A program made the position numbers and the translations under genes. Below the pieces are notes generated by a model that made no database searches, had not been told where the DNA came from, and saw nothing but the letters and a program-made list of their open reading frames with translations. Positions 24,716-36,848 of a stretch of 64,000 nt of DNA are shown in pieces. The stretch lies in the NCBI GenBank assembly GCA_964106915.2, contig OZ066914.1; one strand, 5' to 3'. Position 1 is the first letter of the stretch; each line of letters opens with the position of its first letter. The stretch is from Podarcis gaigeae (Eukaryota).

Positions 24716-27385
24716 TAACTCAGTGTATGTTCACATACACTGACTGGTAGTAGTTCTCCAGAGTTTTAGGCAGGGGTCCACCTTGGAGGTACAGTGATTG
24801 AACCTTTAAACTTTCCTGAAAGCAGTTTATGAAGCCATACAGGTAACAAAACACCTAGTTCAAACAAAATGGATTCTTGATAGTGGCCATGCAAGAGTAC
24901 TGATTAAGGGTACAAAAGACTTGCGGCTGCTTCAACGTTTGTTATATTTAAAGTCACATATAGGATGTTTCATCAGCCCAAAATTGCTGGCTCATGACTG
25001 ATTGGTTAAATTGCCCTCTCCAAAGGCTAAATGAATATATTTAGCTTTACCATCCTATTTTTTAGTAAGATGAATAATTATTTAAGAGATCTTTGTTAAA
25101 CTGAATAGAAATTTATTGCTAGCTGCAAAATATTGAGTTGTATTCAATTAAGTCCAGGCAGAATAGAGCCAATGAAATTAATGAGCCTAAGTGAGTCAAG
25201 TCCATTAATGTAAACAGGTCTACTCAAAATAGGACTAGCACCGAATATCACTTACTGATTTTATTTATGTTTTTAAGGGTGGAATTCATCATAGAGATAT
25301 TACAATCCTATCAGCAAAGGCATTTCAGTTGCTGGACAGAACAATCTCCCCTCTCCTTCCCCTGAACACTCTTCTGGGGATTCTCCTAACCTGTTCAGAG
25401 AGAATTTGGCATGAGAGAAGGGAGGAAGTTCCAGTGCACTGGTTCTTATTAGAACACCTGCTTACTTGAATATGTCCCACTTTTTCCTTCTCAATTTTTA
25501 TGAATTTAAGTTTTTTTCTATGTAAATGGAGTTCATTTTTTAAAAAGCTGTAATCCACTTAGTTTCCTTTCCAGATGAAAACATGGAATGCATGTATCAT
25601 AATTATTGATAAGAGCCAACTTAGATGGATTAACACAGAGGTTTTTTGTCAATATAGCCTAAGGGACCAATAAGCCTGACATTTCAGCTCGCCCGAGAAT
25701 TCTCTAAGGAAAACTTGACCATCCTTCAGGGAGGGTTCATGTTTCTGATTCTGCTCCAAGAAAACACAAAGCATATACTTTTTTATTTTGCATAAATGTA
25801 TTACATTTGTAATATTTCTTTGCCAGTATTTTAAAGGAAGTTGAACAGGATGGGAAGAAAAGTGAGATTCTGGGTATGGGCAGGGAGTACCAGTGAGGAA
25901 GAGAAAAAAGGAAACCACAAAAGGAACTGAAACTTACAGTGCATTCTATATATCAGGAGTAGCCAACATTGTACTCGGTAGTTGCTGCTGGACTCTAATG
26001 CCTACCATCCCTGATCTGGGGGGAGTTGCAGTCCAATTTTGGGAGGGATTGTTCATTTGCTTTTAGATCAGGGGTGGGGAACCTCCAGGCTGAAGGCCAG
26101 ATTTTGACTGCCAAGGGTTCCAGTTTGGCCCAGAAGGCAGTTCCCACCAAATTACACCCACCTGCCCCATACATGACATCATATATGGGGCAGGTAGAGA
26201 CACAGACGCCAATGCACATTGGGAGCCTGACTGTGCATTGGTTAGGGAAAGCAGGCTTCAGCTCTACTGCCCAGATAGGTGAGATCCAATGCTTCCCCTA
26301 GAGTTCCCTGCAAGGAACTTGTTCATGCAGCTGATGCCTGCAAAAAGTAGGATTCGGCTCTCCTGCCCATCAGTTGACGAGTGGAAGAATAGAAGCCTGC
26401 TTGTTGCAGGAATCAACTGTCTGCTGCATTGCTGTGGGGGGCTTATAGAGCTCCTTGCAAGCCCCGCACAGCAATCCAATTTCTGCTTTCCTGCCTGTCA
26501 GAACCACATTACAGCTTCTGTGACACAAGATAACCCAAGGAGAAAGGACAGTGACTCTGCTGAGTTTCTTCCTCATTCTGTTGGTTGACCTGCATGCCTA
26601 CCCTGTAGATGATTTCCTTCAGCATTAGGAAAAATTTGCAAGATGAGAAGAAAGACAGCAGAGGAGCTGCTCAGCTCCTGGGGTGACAGAGGAAAAGAAC
26701 AGAGCTAGTTGCTATTAAACAGGCCAGTTTCTACATCTGCAGCAAAAACGTTTATTGATCACATATTTATCACCCATTCTTCAGTGGCTAACATACCAAA
26801 ACCGATATATCCTCTCACAATATCACCAGTTACTTTTGGATTTACAGAGGCATACAGAGTCATCAGAAATAAATTCCAGGATCATATCTGATTTTGGCTC
26901 ACTTGACTGCAAGTTGGTCCCAGCCATGGAGCAAAATTTATCATCTCATTGCTCTGTTATATATCTGGATTGATTTTTGAGATGTGTGAGAATAGAGTCC
27001 TTCACATCATCATATGCTGAAAATTCATCTGGCTGCTTGAAGAAACCATCAAGTGATCACTGCACTACGGTTTGTGATAACAAACACTGAGCTTGTGGTG
27101 CAGCCACAAGCTTTTCAACAGAAATGGCCCCATGCTGGTTGCCGGAAAAACGTTAAGTGCTGTTGGTGAGATAAATACTAAAGTCTGATTCTCACAACTT
27201 ACATAATTTTCAGCCTGACTCAAGCAGGATTGATAGTAAAACATCTATGTGGTTTACAAACAAGTTAAAAAACAGTTTGCATGAATTGACCCTAACTTGT
27301 TCATTATGGTTTGAATGATCGTAGCCAACAAACCACTTCATTAGATGTATGAAGTTTGCTGAGAAAGTTGTGAAGCAGAACGCAC

Positions 27386-27447
27386 CTTTTCCAGCTTGCT
27401 ATCCTGTTGCAAGCAGAAGCCTCTTTCCAGCAGGCTGGTGGAAGTTC
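27386..27447 (-). CDS. ZNF408: ZNF408 coding exon 3 (ELPPACWKEASACNRIASWKS)
   Basis: 62 nt, phase 0 to phase 2, strong acceptor ctctcgtgttccag, donor AG|gtgcgt; W/AC/W-x-S spacing resembles the human exon as recalled; best-supported candidate bridging exons 2 and 4. Confidence 0.82.
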
Positions 27448-28061
27448 CTGGAACACGAGAGTAAGGGGAGTCCCAGTTAGAGAGGTATTTTAATTCCCAC
27501 GGGCAGATCTTAAGCCCAGAACTAATGGGCTAGCTGTCCTTTTCACCTGAAGGTCAATTCAATAATCAAGCTGGCATATTAAGAATGAGTGTGGTGGCCT
27601 ATGCCCTCAGGGCCAACATACATATAGTGTAGGCAATATGCTGTTAGGTCTTCCAATGTCTTTTTATTTACTTGACAGCAGCTATGCACCCTCACCTGGA
27701 TCACGGACTTCACACTGTTCACTCTGTTGAAATTACCATCCTAAGTTTAAATGCACAGCTCACATCCTCTAGCAGCTGTACGTTCAGTACTGTGGGCCCA
27801 ATTTTATGGAACTCCCTTCTATTTGAGTTCAGACAATCTTCCTCCCTGTTGAACATTGGGTGCCTACTGAGGAGTTTTTATTCTGGCAGACATTTAAATG
27901 AAATTGACGGATTTATGGTTTCAACTGATTTTTATCTTTATTGTATTACACTATTGTACTTTATTTAAGAGACTACTGTAATTAAGCAATACCTAATTTG
28001 TCAAAATAAAAATGAATGAGCTGTTGTTTGCCCTCCAGGAGGTGGGGAGGGAGTCAGGTAA

Positions 28062-28445
28062 TGTCATGGGCCCCTCGGTCCCATCAGAATTGGGCACCTG
28101 GAGGTGGAGGGTGTGGGTCTTCTCCATACAACTTTAGATGTCAGAAAAGGGGAAACAAAGCTACATCCTCTTAGCTCTTGTCACCGCTCCTCTTGAGAGG
28201 TGCAGATAATTATTAGGGAGGGAGGACGACTCTGACTAGCCAGTGGGAGGAGCTGAGCAAGAGCAGCTCGAGGGAGAGGGGCAGGACAGTCTTGTGGCCA
28301 CAAACCTGGCACCACTTTTGTAGGTGGGATCAGCTGCATCTACCCCAGAGAAGCACACACAGAAGCTGGCTAGTGAGGCAAGAGAGTCTCGTGAGTGAAT
28401 ATACTCCACCTAGTCTTTTTAAAACTTGGTGGGAGGGGTGTGACA
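28062..28445. mobile_element. Possible solo LTR
   Basis: TGTCA...TGACA inverted termini around a ~380-bp GC-richer block; no matching TSD found. Confidence 0.35.
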
Positions 28446-28469
28446 ACCATTGGGACATCTTCTAGCGTC

Positions 28470-28607
28470 ATTCATAGAATCAAGAATTGTAGAGCTGGAA
28501 GGGAACTCGAGGGCCATCTGGTCCTGCAATGCAGGAATATTTTGCCAATGTGGGGCTTGAACCCACAACCCTGAGATTAAGAGTCTCATGCTCTACCAAC
28601 TCAGTTA
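28470..28607 (-). mobile_element. tRNA-Lys(CTT)-derived SINE with CR1-type tail
   Basis: Minus strand reads ggtagagcatgagactcttaatctcagggttgtgggttcaagccccac, then cccttccagctctacaattcttgattctatg (CR1 3' end). Confidence 0.8.
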
Positions 28608-28931
28608 TTCAGTTCTGAATCACTTATCTTGCTCTTTTAACTTGAACTCTTTACGACTGAACCTGTGCTTGCTGCTAGCCTGAGTAAAGATCGCTTCCTT
28701 ACTCTGAAGTAAGCACTGTGTGATTTCAACCATGGAAATAAGGGGAAAGAGTTAATCATCTTCCCTAAGCACTGCTTCACCATCTCATTATCCTCCCTCT
28801 GCAGTATGTTTTTTAAGATATTAAAAAAATAATCCTAAAATACAGTGATTGCTATTATATCACATACAGTTCAGCCCTCAGATCTACAGTAACAATTACT
28901 GGCCACTACTGTAATTCAGTACAGTATGGGT

Positions 28932-29290
28932 GGGACGCAGGTGGCGCTGTGGGTAAAAGCCTCAGCGCCTAGGACTTGCTGATCGAAAGGTTGGCGGTTC
29001 GAATCCCTGCGGCGGAGTGCGCTCCCGCTACTCGGTCCCAGCGCCTGCCAACCTAGCAGTTCGAAAGCACCCCGGGTGCAAGTAGATAAATAGGGACCGC
29101 TTACCAGCGGGAAGGTAAACGGCATTTCCGTGTGCGGCTCTGGCTCGCCAGAGCAGCAATGTCACGCTGGCCACGTGACCCGGAAGTGTCTCCGGACAGC
29201 GCTGGCCCCTGGCCTCTTAAGTGAGATGGGCGCACAACCCCAGAGTCTGTCAAGACTGGCCCGTACGGGCAGGGGTACCTTTACCTTTAC
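28932..29290 (+). mobile_element. Full-length Sauria-type SINE
   Basis: tRNA-like head with box A (GTGGCGCTGTGG) and box B (GGTTCGAATCC), (ACCTTT)n tail, 12-bp TSD tactgtaattca at 28907-28918 and 29288-29299; CpGs retained. Confidence 0.9.
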
Positions 29291-30557
29291 TGTAATTCAA
29301 CACATGTTCAACTGAATTGTCAGAAATGGGATGAGCTTTGATATTATTTATAAAATCACTTTGGGGAAATATAGCCCCCCATTTTCATTCAGTTGTAGTA
29401 AATACTTGCCTCGCTAGATGGCCTGATACTACAGATGACCAACTCTCCCTACATAGTTGCGGTCACTCTGCAGTGACCTTCTAAGCAGCTGGGAGTAGTG
29501 TGCAGTAGTGGCTAGACTATGTAGGAGACTAAAACTGCAGATAATAATAGAGGAGTAAGTGGCCTTGAGCAACAATAACTTTCAGTGCTCCTTCACAGAA
29601 TTGCTGAATGGATAAAAATGTGTCTGACTGTAAGTTGTCTTGAGTACTTACTAGTAAAGTGGAATATAAACTAAGCAGACATCATGCCACATTCAGTCAG
29701 TTTCAACCCATGCAATGAGCAGGGGTACGCCAAGTGAGGGCTGAGTTGTGTGCATGATGGAGCAGATACACTTCATGAGGAAAGGAGAGACAAACTTCAC
29801 CTCTGAAGCACATTCTCAATGGGACAACTAAGTAACATGAAGTGACTACAGTTCAGACTTCTATAGACAGAAAGAGGAAACAGTGGCACCAGAGCTAGAT
29901 GTGTGTGCAATTACCTTCTAACATGAAAAACCTTGCTAATTTGGACAAAAGGACCATCTAGCTCAGCATTCTAACAAGTCTGATATGAGGGCAATAGCCC
30001 ACTCTGTCATGGTATTCAGTGGCATTCAGCTGCTGAAACACTGTGGCTAATAACCATCGGTATATATTCCCTCTGAACTTTTTAAATCATCTTTTAATGT
30101 CATCTAAGCTAGTGGTCCCCATATAGTGTGACAATGAATTCTGCATATTAATTATGAGCTGTGTAAGTACAGTACTTCCTTTTCTATCCTGTTCGTTAGC
30201 TTACTGGGAAGCTCTAGCATTATGAGAGAGGGGGAAATGCCTTCTATCCCCTTTCTCCCACCCATGTGCAGGTGTCAAGGATACCAGAAACCAATCGAAA
30301 CTATTTTTTGGCCACCAAAAAGTGACTAGATAACACTAAGACCAGGACAGCTGCACTTTGAAGAGAGAAATTGGGCAAGCAAGCTGCTTTCTTAACTGGT
30401 GGATATAACAAGCTGCGCCTGTCAGAATCCCTTCTCCCGGCAACCGAGAAGGGTCGGGCGTCTAGATGTGGTCGGCCGGGCAGAGGGTCGCGAGAGGGCG
30501 CCCCCACCGACCTGAGGGCTCTGACTGGAGGCCCAAACTTGCCCGCCCATCGCTCAC

Positions 30558-30760
30558 CGCCGGGCAGGCGCCCGCCTCCTGCTCCTCTTCCTCCGGACCA
30601 AGCAGGAGCAGCAGCGCCCCCGGCTGCAAGGGGCTCCCCACACACCACACCCCAAGGCCCCTCTCGGCGGACAGGGAAGGGCCCAGGGCTAAGCCCCGCG
30701 GAAGGCTCCACACTGGGCAGCAGGACCAGCCGCCACCGCCGCGCGCGTCCGGGGGTCGAC
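30558..30760 (-). CDS. ZNF408: ZNF408 coding exon 2
   Basis: [51 protein letters not shown]...GACPA; tccctttcag acceptor, gtgagc donor. Confidence 0.88.
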
Positions 30761-30870
30761 CTGAAAGGGAAGCAGAGACACGAAAGGGACGGTGAGAGCA
30801 GTCAAGGACGCGGGGCGGCAAGCGCTCTCCGCTCCCTCCCGTCTCCCGAAAGATACCCGCTCGCCCTCAC

Positions 30871-30892
30871 TCTGGCCGGGGCTCTGCTCCAT
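30871..30892 (-). CDS. ZNF408: ZNF408 coding exon 1 (MEQSPGQ)
   Basis: ATG at 30892, donor A|gtgagg; phase 1 matches exon 2; 110-nt intron with a good polypyrimidine acceptor. Confidence 0.7.
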
Positions 30893-31049
30893 AACGGCTC
30901 CTGGGCGGAACGTTCCGCGCAGCGCGCCGTGTTTGCGCCCGGACGGCTTTTCCCTGTCTCTCACCGGCCTTTCCCCGAGGAGGCGGGAGCGTGTTGCCAC
31001 GGAGACTCGTCCTTTTTCCGGTTCGGAGGCGGATGTTTGTGAAAGGGGG

Positions 31050-31198
31050 GTTTGACAGGCGGGAGTGGCGGCTGCTGGCGAGCGGAGGAGCGCTCAGGGA
31101 GCGCGCAGCGCAGGAACTCCGTACTGGGTGCGCGTCGTCGGCGTCGGGGCTGCATCTCTTCCCTTCCCCCCACCGCGCACACCTTCATGAGATAAACA
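31050..31198 (+). other. ARHGAP1: Probable non-coding exon 1 of ARHGAP1 (5' start approximate)
   Basis: Consensus donor gtgagt at 31199 inside the CpG island; the first coding exon has its own acceptor at 38841, so an upstream exon is required. Confidence 0.6.
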
Positions 31199-34100
31199 GT
31201 GAGTGGAGGTCCAGGCGCCGCTTCGAGGGGCGGGGCTCCTTCTGGGTTTATTCTCTTGCTTATTGGGGGGGGGAGCGGGGGGCTGGGGACGAAGTTGAGG
31301 GAGGGCGCATGCGTCGACTCCAGCCTCAGCGTGACTTTCGGTGGGAAGGAGGGAGGTCTCTTGTCAAGCAGGGGCCGCTGCCAGGCTTCTGGGCTGGGCT
31401 TCTGTCTCGACCCTCCCACCATCTCCGTGGGTGTCGTCGTTCTCAGGGCTGCCAGGTTCAGATCTATGTCAAGATTTTGGAATACGCCCCCCCCGCTCCC
31501 TCAGCAACCCAAGGGGCCCCCATGCCTTTGTTGTTAAGGAGCCCCCCTCTCGCCCTCGGTCCTTTCCTGGAGATCTTTTTTGGTGCTGGAGGTGGAGGTG
31601 CCTACACTGGGAAGGCTTTTAGAGGAGTGTGCGCGTGCGTGCAGGTGCTTAAAGGCGGCGGGGGTGGGGAGAGATGGGAAACGTTCGTTTACGTTAAAGT
31701 GAACTGATTTTAGGACCCAAACCCTTGCCACCTGTGCACACTTTTTTGGGGGGGAAATACTTGCAATTTGGGAAATACTTGCAACTGAGTTAAGCAGGGG
31801 TAGTAAGGTCAAGGGGTGCGGGTTGCTTAAATGCAAACATATAAAGACTTTCCCGCTGCAAAAATAGTGCCAGAACTCCCCATTTCTATTGAATGGGGCT
31901 TGTCACAGAGTATTGTCGGATGACTGCGTGTTGGCCTCCTGTCCGTTACGCAGAAGGGTGCTGGAGTGAATTGTGATGTCTCCACTGCCATCTGTATGAA
32001 GCTGTTGGGTTCCACTAGGGACCCCATTTGTACCATGGAGTTAAGCATATTCTGATGGTACTCCATTTCTCTGTTACATCTGAATCAAGTGTGACTGTGC
32101 AAGCCCTAGATGAGTATGTGGTATGCACAGGAAGTGGGGGTGAATCCTGTTAAGACCAAGGCCCTGTAAGCGACTAGCTCTGTGCATGGATTTTGGGAGT
32201 TTGCTTTTTCTGGACCAGAGTTCTACTCCTTCTACTGGAACTGGAATGTCATATGGAGGTGCTCCTTGATCATTCTTTGTTTCTGGGGGTACAAGTGACC
32301 TCAGTGGCTAAAGGTTACTTTTGCCACCTTGTACTCTTGCACTAGCCGTGACCATTCTTGGACCAGTGCAACCAAGCTACAGTGACACATGCATTGGTAA
32401 GCTCAAGACTGCATTATGGCAGCTTGGTCCATGTGGGCCTGGCCTTAAGGCTGGTTTGGAAGCTGCAGCATATAATATCTGTGTTGAGGGAATTGTGCTG
32501 CTGAGCGACATTGAAGGTTTCATTATACCTAGATATTCCTAAACTTAAGGGGGAAACGGTTATTTGAGAGACTGCCTTCTCCCATATAGATGTGTCTGCT
32601 CGCTAAGGTCTTCAGAGAAGGCCCTGTCACTTTTTCTGTGGCCCACAGAGACTTATCTCATGTTAAGCTGGAAAAGGGCCTTCTCCTTTTTGGTCTCCAG
32701 CCTGTGAGATGCACCTGCTGTGGTGAGCTTTCATCTGCTGTTTTTAAAAACACAGCTATCTTATTTGAGGCTTCCCTGGCCTCTGATACAATGACTTGAA
32801 TGGTTCCCGGTTCCTGTGTTTGTGTTATGTTTCTTTTATCGGACTGTTTCTATTGTATATAGAATTGCATTACTACACTGAATTATTTTGTTGCACTTCA
32901 TTTTGATATTTTAAAGAGGTGGTATGTAACTATTTTAATTTAAACTTTCAAAGTTTCTGGAGCCCTTTGGAGATTTGAGTCTGGTAATTCTAAATGTATG
33001 CTTTGCTGGTTTGCATAAATCATCTCACAGAAACTGCTTTATCCTGCTTTTATCAGGATTCGTACATCATGCTTCTGTGGTAAATGTAACCCCACAAATA
33101 CTTGAGTCTACTGCATAAGACTTTGTGGCCCATCACAAGATTGTCACTAGGGCTTTGTGGTTTATGTATTTGAGCTGGAAAGAAAAGGGGGAGTTGTATA
33201 GTTTTGTAAGGAGAAGAGTGGGAAGTGTGGGGTGTGGTAGGGGCTCAGTAAAACCAGAGAGGTGTGATAGCACTTGTTTAAGGAGAAATCATTATTTATT
33301 TTGTGTTGGTTCATGCATCTCCATAAACAGCGCATTGAACTAGGATGAAGCCACTTATAGGATTATTATGTCTGACTTGTGAAGAGCATTCTGAAGAAGG
33401 AAATATGATAGGAATGCCCACTTTCATGACAATTTTTTGCTTTGAGATAATGAGTGAAAGAAATTAGAGGGATTATATAGCCTGCTTGGAAGTCTTTGAT
33501 GTTCAGCTGTTCCTGCTAAACAAAAGCAGTCAAATTTAAATTTAAAATCAAATTTAAATTTATTCTATGCATCTATGTTTTCATGTTCTTTGAGCTTGCA
33601 GTAAAAATCCTAAAGCAAATAGACAGAATTATCCTGGAAGCAGGGTAGGCATGTACGTTAAACATGTGGCACTATTCTCCCCCACCCCCCACCCCATGAT
33701 TGAATTTGTGTAACATTTCCAGAGTCTCAGTGTAAGCTCAACAGCTGGAAAAGGTTGGCTGAGGCAGGGACTGAGTAGTCAGGTTTATGATCTGACAGGA
33801 AAGGTGTGGTGTCTTTTTAGTTCTGTCACCTAATTCAGTTCTGGGTGTTCAGCAGATTGCGTTGTTCAGTGAGTGTATCCTGTTTGATTTAAGCTGGTGG
33901 CTTCTGAGGGGAGGGGGGATCTGAGGGAGGGACTACTTTGGCTTAACTCTTCTGCTCCCTCCCCTTGAGGTTGACAACAGTGTTGGCTAGGTAAACATAA
34001 TGGCTGCCTTTCTTTACCATACTGGAATATGGATAAAATTAAGTGGATTTCACAATCAATGCAGCACTGGAGGCCCGAACAGCTGTAGTGGACACTTCTA

Positions 34101-34339
34101 TATTGAGTCAGTAGGGTTGTTGATAATATGAAAGAAATAGGGTGTGATGTTCCCATGACCTAAAAGCAGGAATCTTAACTCACCAGCTGTTAAAACTATG
34201 ATTAGTTGAAAACCTCTCTTGCAGTTAATGTCTTCAGAGAGATCCCTTTTCCAGTTATCATTTAAGGAAATTTGGTTTATGGAAGTATGGAACAAGTTGT
34301 TATAAGCTGCATCTATGGAATAGTTTCCCTGTGGAGATT

Positions 34340-35330
34340 TGCTGTATAGCAACACATAAATGAGGGTCAGAGTAGGTTTAAATGGTGGTGTGGCTGATGC
34401 TTTTAGAATGTTGCGAGGAGTGAAGCAAGGTTGCATTATGGCTCCCACTCCTTTTAGCATTTATATGAATGATTTGGTGCCATATTGAGCCAATGCAAAT
34501 GCCCCTCTCCAGTAATTAGGAACAATCTCAATCTTGATGTATGCAGATGATTTGGTGCTCCTCTCTCATTCCTGATTGGGTCTCAAAAAGCCCCTGGAGG
34601 TGTTCAGCACATACAATAAATTGGGAAACCTATCCATCAAACACTCTAAGACCAAGATTATGCTTTTTGGCAAACACAGTCCTAGGCAGTGCTATTTAGA
34701 AAAAGAGGTGCCAGAACTCACTATGAATACCTCCCTTGTTCTTATAATGACAATGATGCCCACCTGAAAGGTGTGGGACCAAGTTCTGGTGAGTTCTGAT
34801 GATAAAAAATGCCCTGCTCCTAGGTATAAATGGTGCTTAGATCAGAAAGCTACAGAACTCACTTGCTCATTTAGATACCATACCTGGGTCTACTCTTTAG
34901 TGAAAGCCTGTTTTGGAAGTGCCATATGGAGGCAGTGAAAGCCAAAGCACAAAAAACCATAGCGGCATTGATGAAGTTCTGTTACAATAAGGGAGGGAAG
35001 CTGATTGAACCTGCCATAAAAATATTTGATAACAAACCACTTATTCAAATCCTCTTTGTAGCATTGAAATATGTGGCTTTGATTCAGCTCCATTAAAGTT
35101 TTGGAAATTGCGCAGAATGTTTTTCTCCCCCAAAGCTATACTCTCTACAAACAGGAATATCAGCAGCTCGTCCTCATAAAGAACCAGTTAAGGCAAGAGT
35201 GGATAGTTAAAGTATATTTTTAAAAATACTACTATGCCTATTGAGAGTTTTCCTGTACTGTGCTGTATGGAACTGGGTGAAAACCAACTCTGGAAAGCAG
35301 CTTGTCAAGATGTTTTAGATCATTATTGTT
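34340..35330 (+). mobile_element. Decayed non-LTR reverse transcriptase fragment (RTE/RTEX-like), split by a MITE
   Basis: Plus-frame translation RGVKQGCIMAPTPFSIYMNDL...ILMYADDLVLLS...SKTKIMLFG with in-frame stops; right boundary approximate. Confidence 0.8.
34687..34816. mobile_element. hAT-type MITE family B (related copies at 16201-16335 and ~48864-48980)
   Basis: Termini cagtgctattt / aaatgccctg; 8-bp TSD gtcctagg/ctcctagg; shared internal gaggtgccagaactca in all three copies. Confidence 0.75.
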
Positions 35331-35378
35331 TTCTAGAACTGAGCTCTGCTTTGACCTTGAATAAGTGTCAACTAAGCG

Positions 35379-35514
35379 CAGTGTTTCCCAACCTTGTGCC
35401 TCCAGCTGTTTTTGGACTACAATTCCCATCATCCCTTGCCACTGGTCTTGCTAGTCAGTGATGATGGGAGTTATAGTTCAAAAACAGCTGGAGGCACAAG
35501 GTTGGGAAACACTG
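35379..35514. mobile_element. hAT-type MITE family A, near-perfect hairpin
   Basis: Perfect ~35-bp terminal inverted repeat cagtgtttcccaaccttgtgcctccagctgttttt; flanked by aactaag on both sides. Confidence 0.88.
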
Positions 35515-36848
35515 AACTAAGGGATTGGCTCTGCTGGATAGAATCCAGAAAGGACCTGCGGCTAATTAGAAATACCACATTCTCTCCCCCCCTCCCCGGT
35601 ATCCACTCTTGATAACTATTTCAGTGAAGCATAGATTAGAAAAAGCCTACTGCTAAATAATACAACAAATGAATGGCCATGGTATATGAAGCTTAGGGTG
35701 CTTCAAATGTAACACCAACCATAATTTGGTATTATGAGAACGTAGTATCATTTTCAGGCAAATGGAAATGATGGTTTTCCAGTTTGGATGAAAAAGCAAG
35801 CTAGCTAAGTTTCTGTCCTGATTTTCAGTAATCAGTTACTGATTTTCAGGAATCAGTAATGTACAAGGGGAGGAGAATGTTCAAGTCAAAGACTCCTCAG
35901 GCATTCTTACATTCCTGAATGTAAACCCATGGTTGAATAACCCATTAAAGTTGTTCAGATCTCAGTGATATTTGTCACATGGGGCAAAAATGAAGTAGAA
36001 ACACAAAGTCTATATGGCAAGGCTGTGGAATTTTCAACACAATATTCAGCAGTCAGATTCATCCATAATCTAAAGTCCTTTAACATCTGATGCCTCAGGA
36101 ATGGTGAGCCTGTGACCTTTCAGACGTTGTTGGACTCTAACCTTCATCTTATTCAGCCAGCATTGCCAATGATCAGGGATGATAGGAACTGTAATCCTAC
36201 ATCCGAAGGGTCACAGGTTCACCATTCCTAGAGCGTGGGATGTTAAAGGAGTCAAGATTATGGTTGAGTCTGAACGTTGAATATTGTGAGTTGGTGGAGT
36301 CTTGCACAACTCTTTTATTTTGCTGACTTTTGTGTAAAAGCAATTAGATCTGGATCAGATTTTTAAATGAATAGGCATATTTAGCTACAACAGTACCTGA
36401 CACTAGGGAAAATAAGATTTCAAAAAATATTTTCACTGTGTCTGCTCCCAAATGGAGAACAGACCTAGCTGAAAAGTCCAGAGTAAGAGGAGTTATTTCA
36501 TAATATGATAGAAAGAATTTAGATATGCTTAACTCTCTGCTAGAAGTAGGATTTGTCTATAGTGTTTGGTCTGTGGTGGTCATTTCAGTAAGCTTCTCAG
36601 TTGAGTGATACCAACCTTTTTTTGGACCTGTGGGTACACATAAATTAGATAAACTGTTGAGAGTGCCACACACCTCATCCAAATGCACACCGCATGTTCT
36701 GTTAGTTACAACCGGAGTCCTTTTTTAAAGCTTAACTTAGCAGGGTAAGGTGCTTCAGGGAAGGCTTCTGTAGGTGTATGTGCACACCCAGGAACCACAT
36801 TGGTGATCCCAGTTCTAAGTCATCAAGTGAGGAAAATGTATGTGTAAA

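Larger units (their letters stand above)
20458..30892 (-). other. ZNF408: ZNF408 (PRDM17) gene span, 5 coding exons, 762 aa
   Basis: 22+203+62+302+1700 = 2289 nt in frame; [27 protein letters not shown]-terminal motif, 10 C2H2 fingers, position between F2 and ARHGAP1. Confidence 0.93.
30400..31650. promoter_or_regulatory. CpG island / bidirectional promoter shared by ZNF408 (-) and ARHGAP1 (+)
   Basis: Sharp rise in GC and CpG; ZNF408 ATG at 30892 on the minus strand; plus-strand donor ACA|GTGAGT at 31199; RFX-like GTTGCCACGGAGAC (30993-31006); NRF1-like GCGCATGCGT (31305-31314). Confidence 0.88.

Noticed and set aside
26826-26890. Minus-strand peptide ILEFISDDSVCLCKSKSNW as a possible ZNF408 exon 3
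   Set aside because: Runs into TGA and has weak splice sites; 27386-27447 has the expected phase and strong sites.
28540-28607. tRNA-Lys(CTT)-like sequence as a functional tRNA gene
   Set aside because: The acceptor stem is broken and it is fused to a CR1-type tail, so it is a SINE head.
30301-31707. Several 100-240 aa ORFs in the CpG island
   Set aside because: Stop codons are scarce in GC-rich DNA; only the 30871-30892 and 30558-30760 minus-strand segments fit a gene model.
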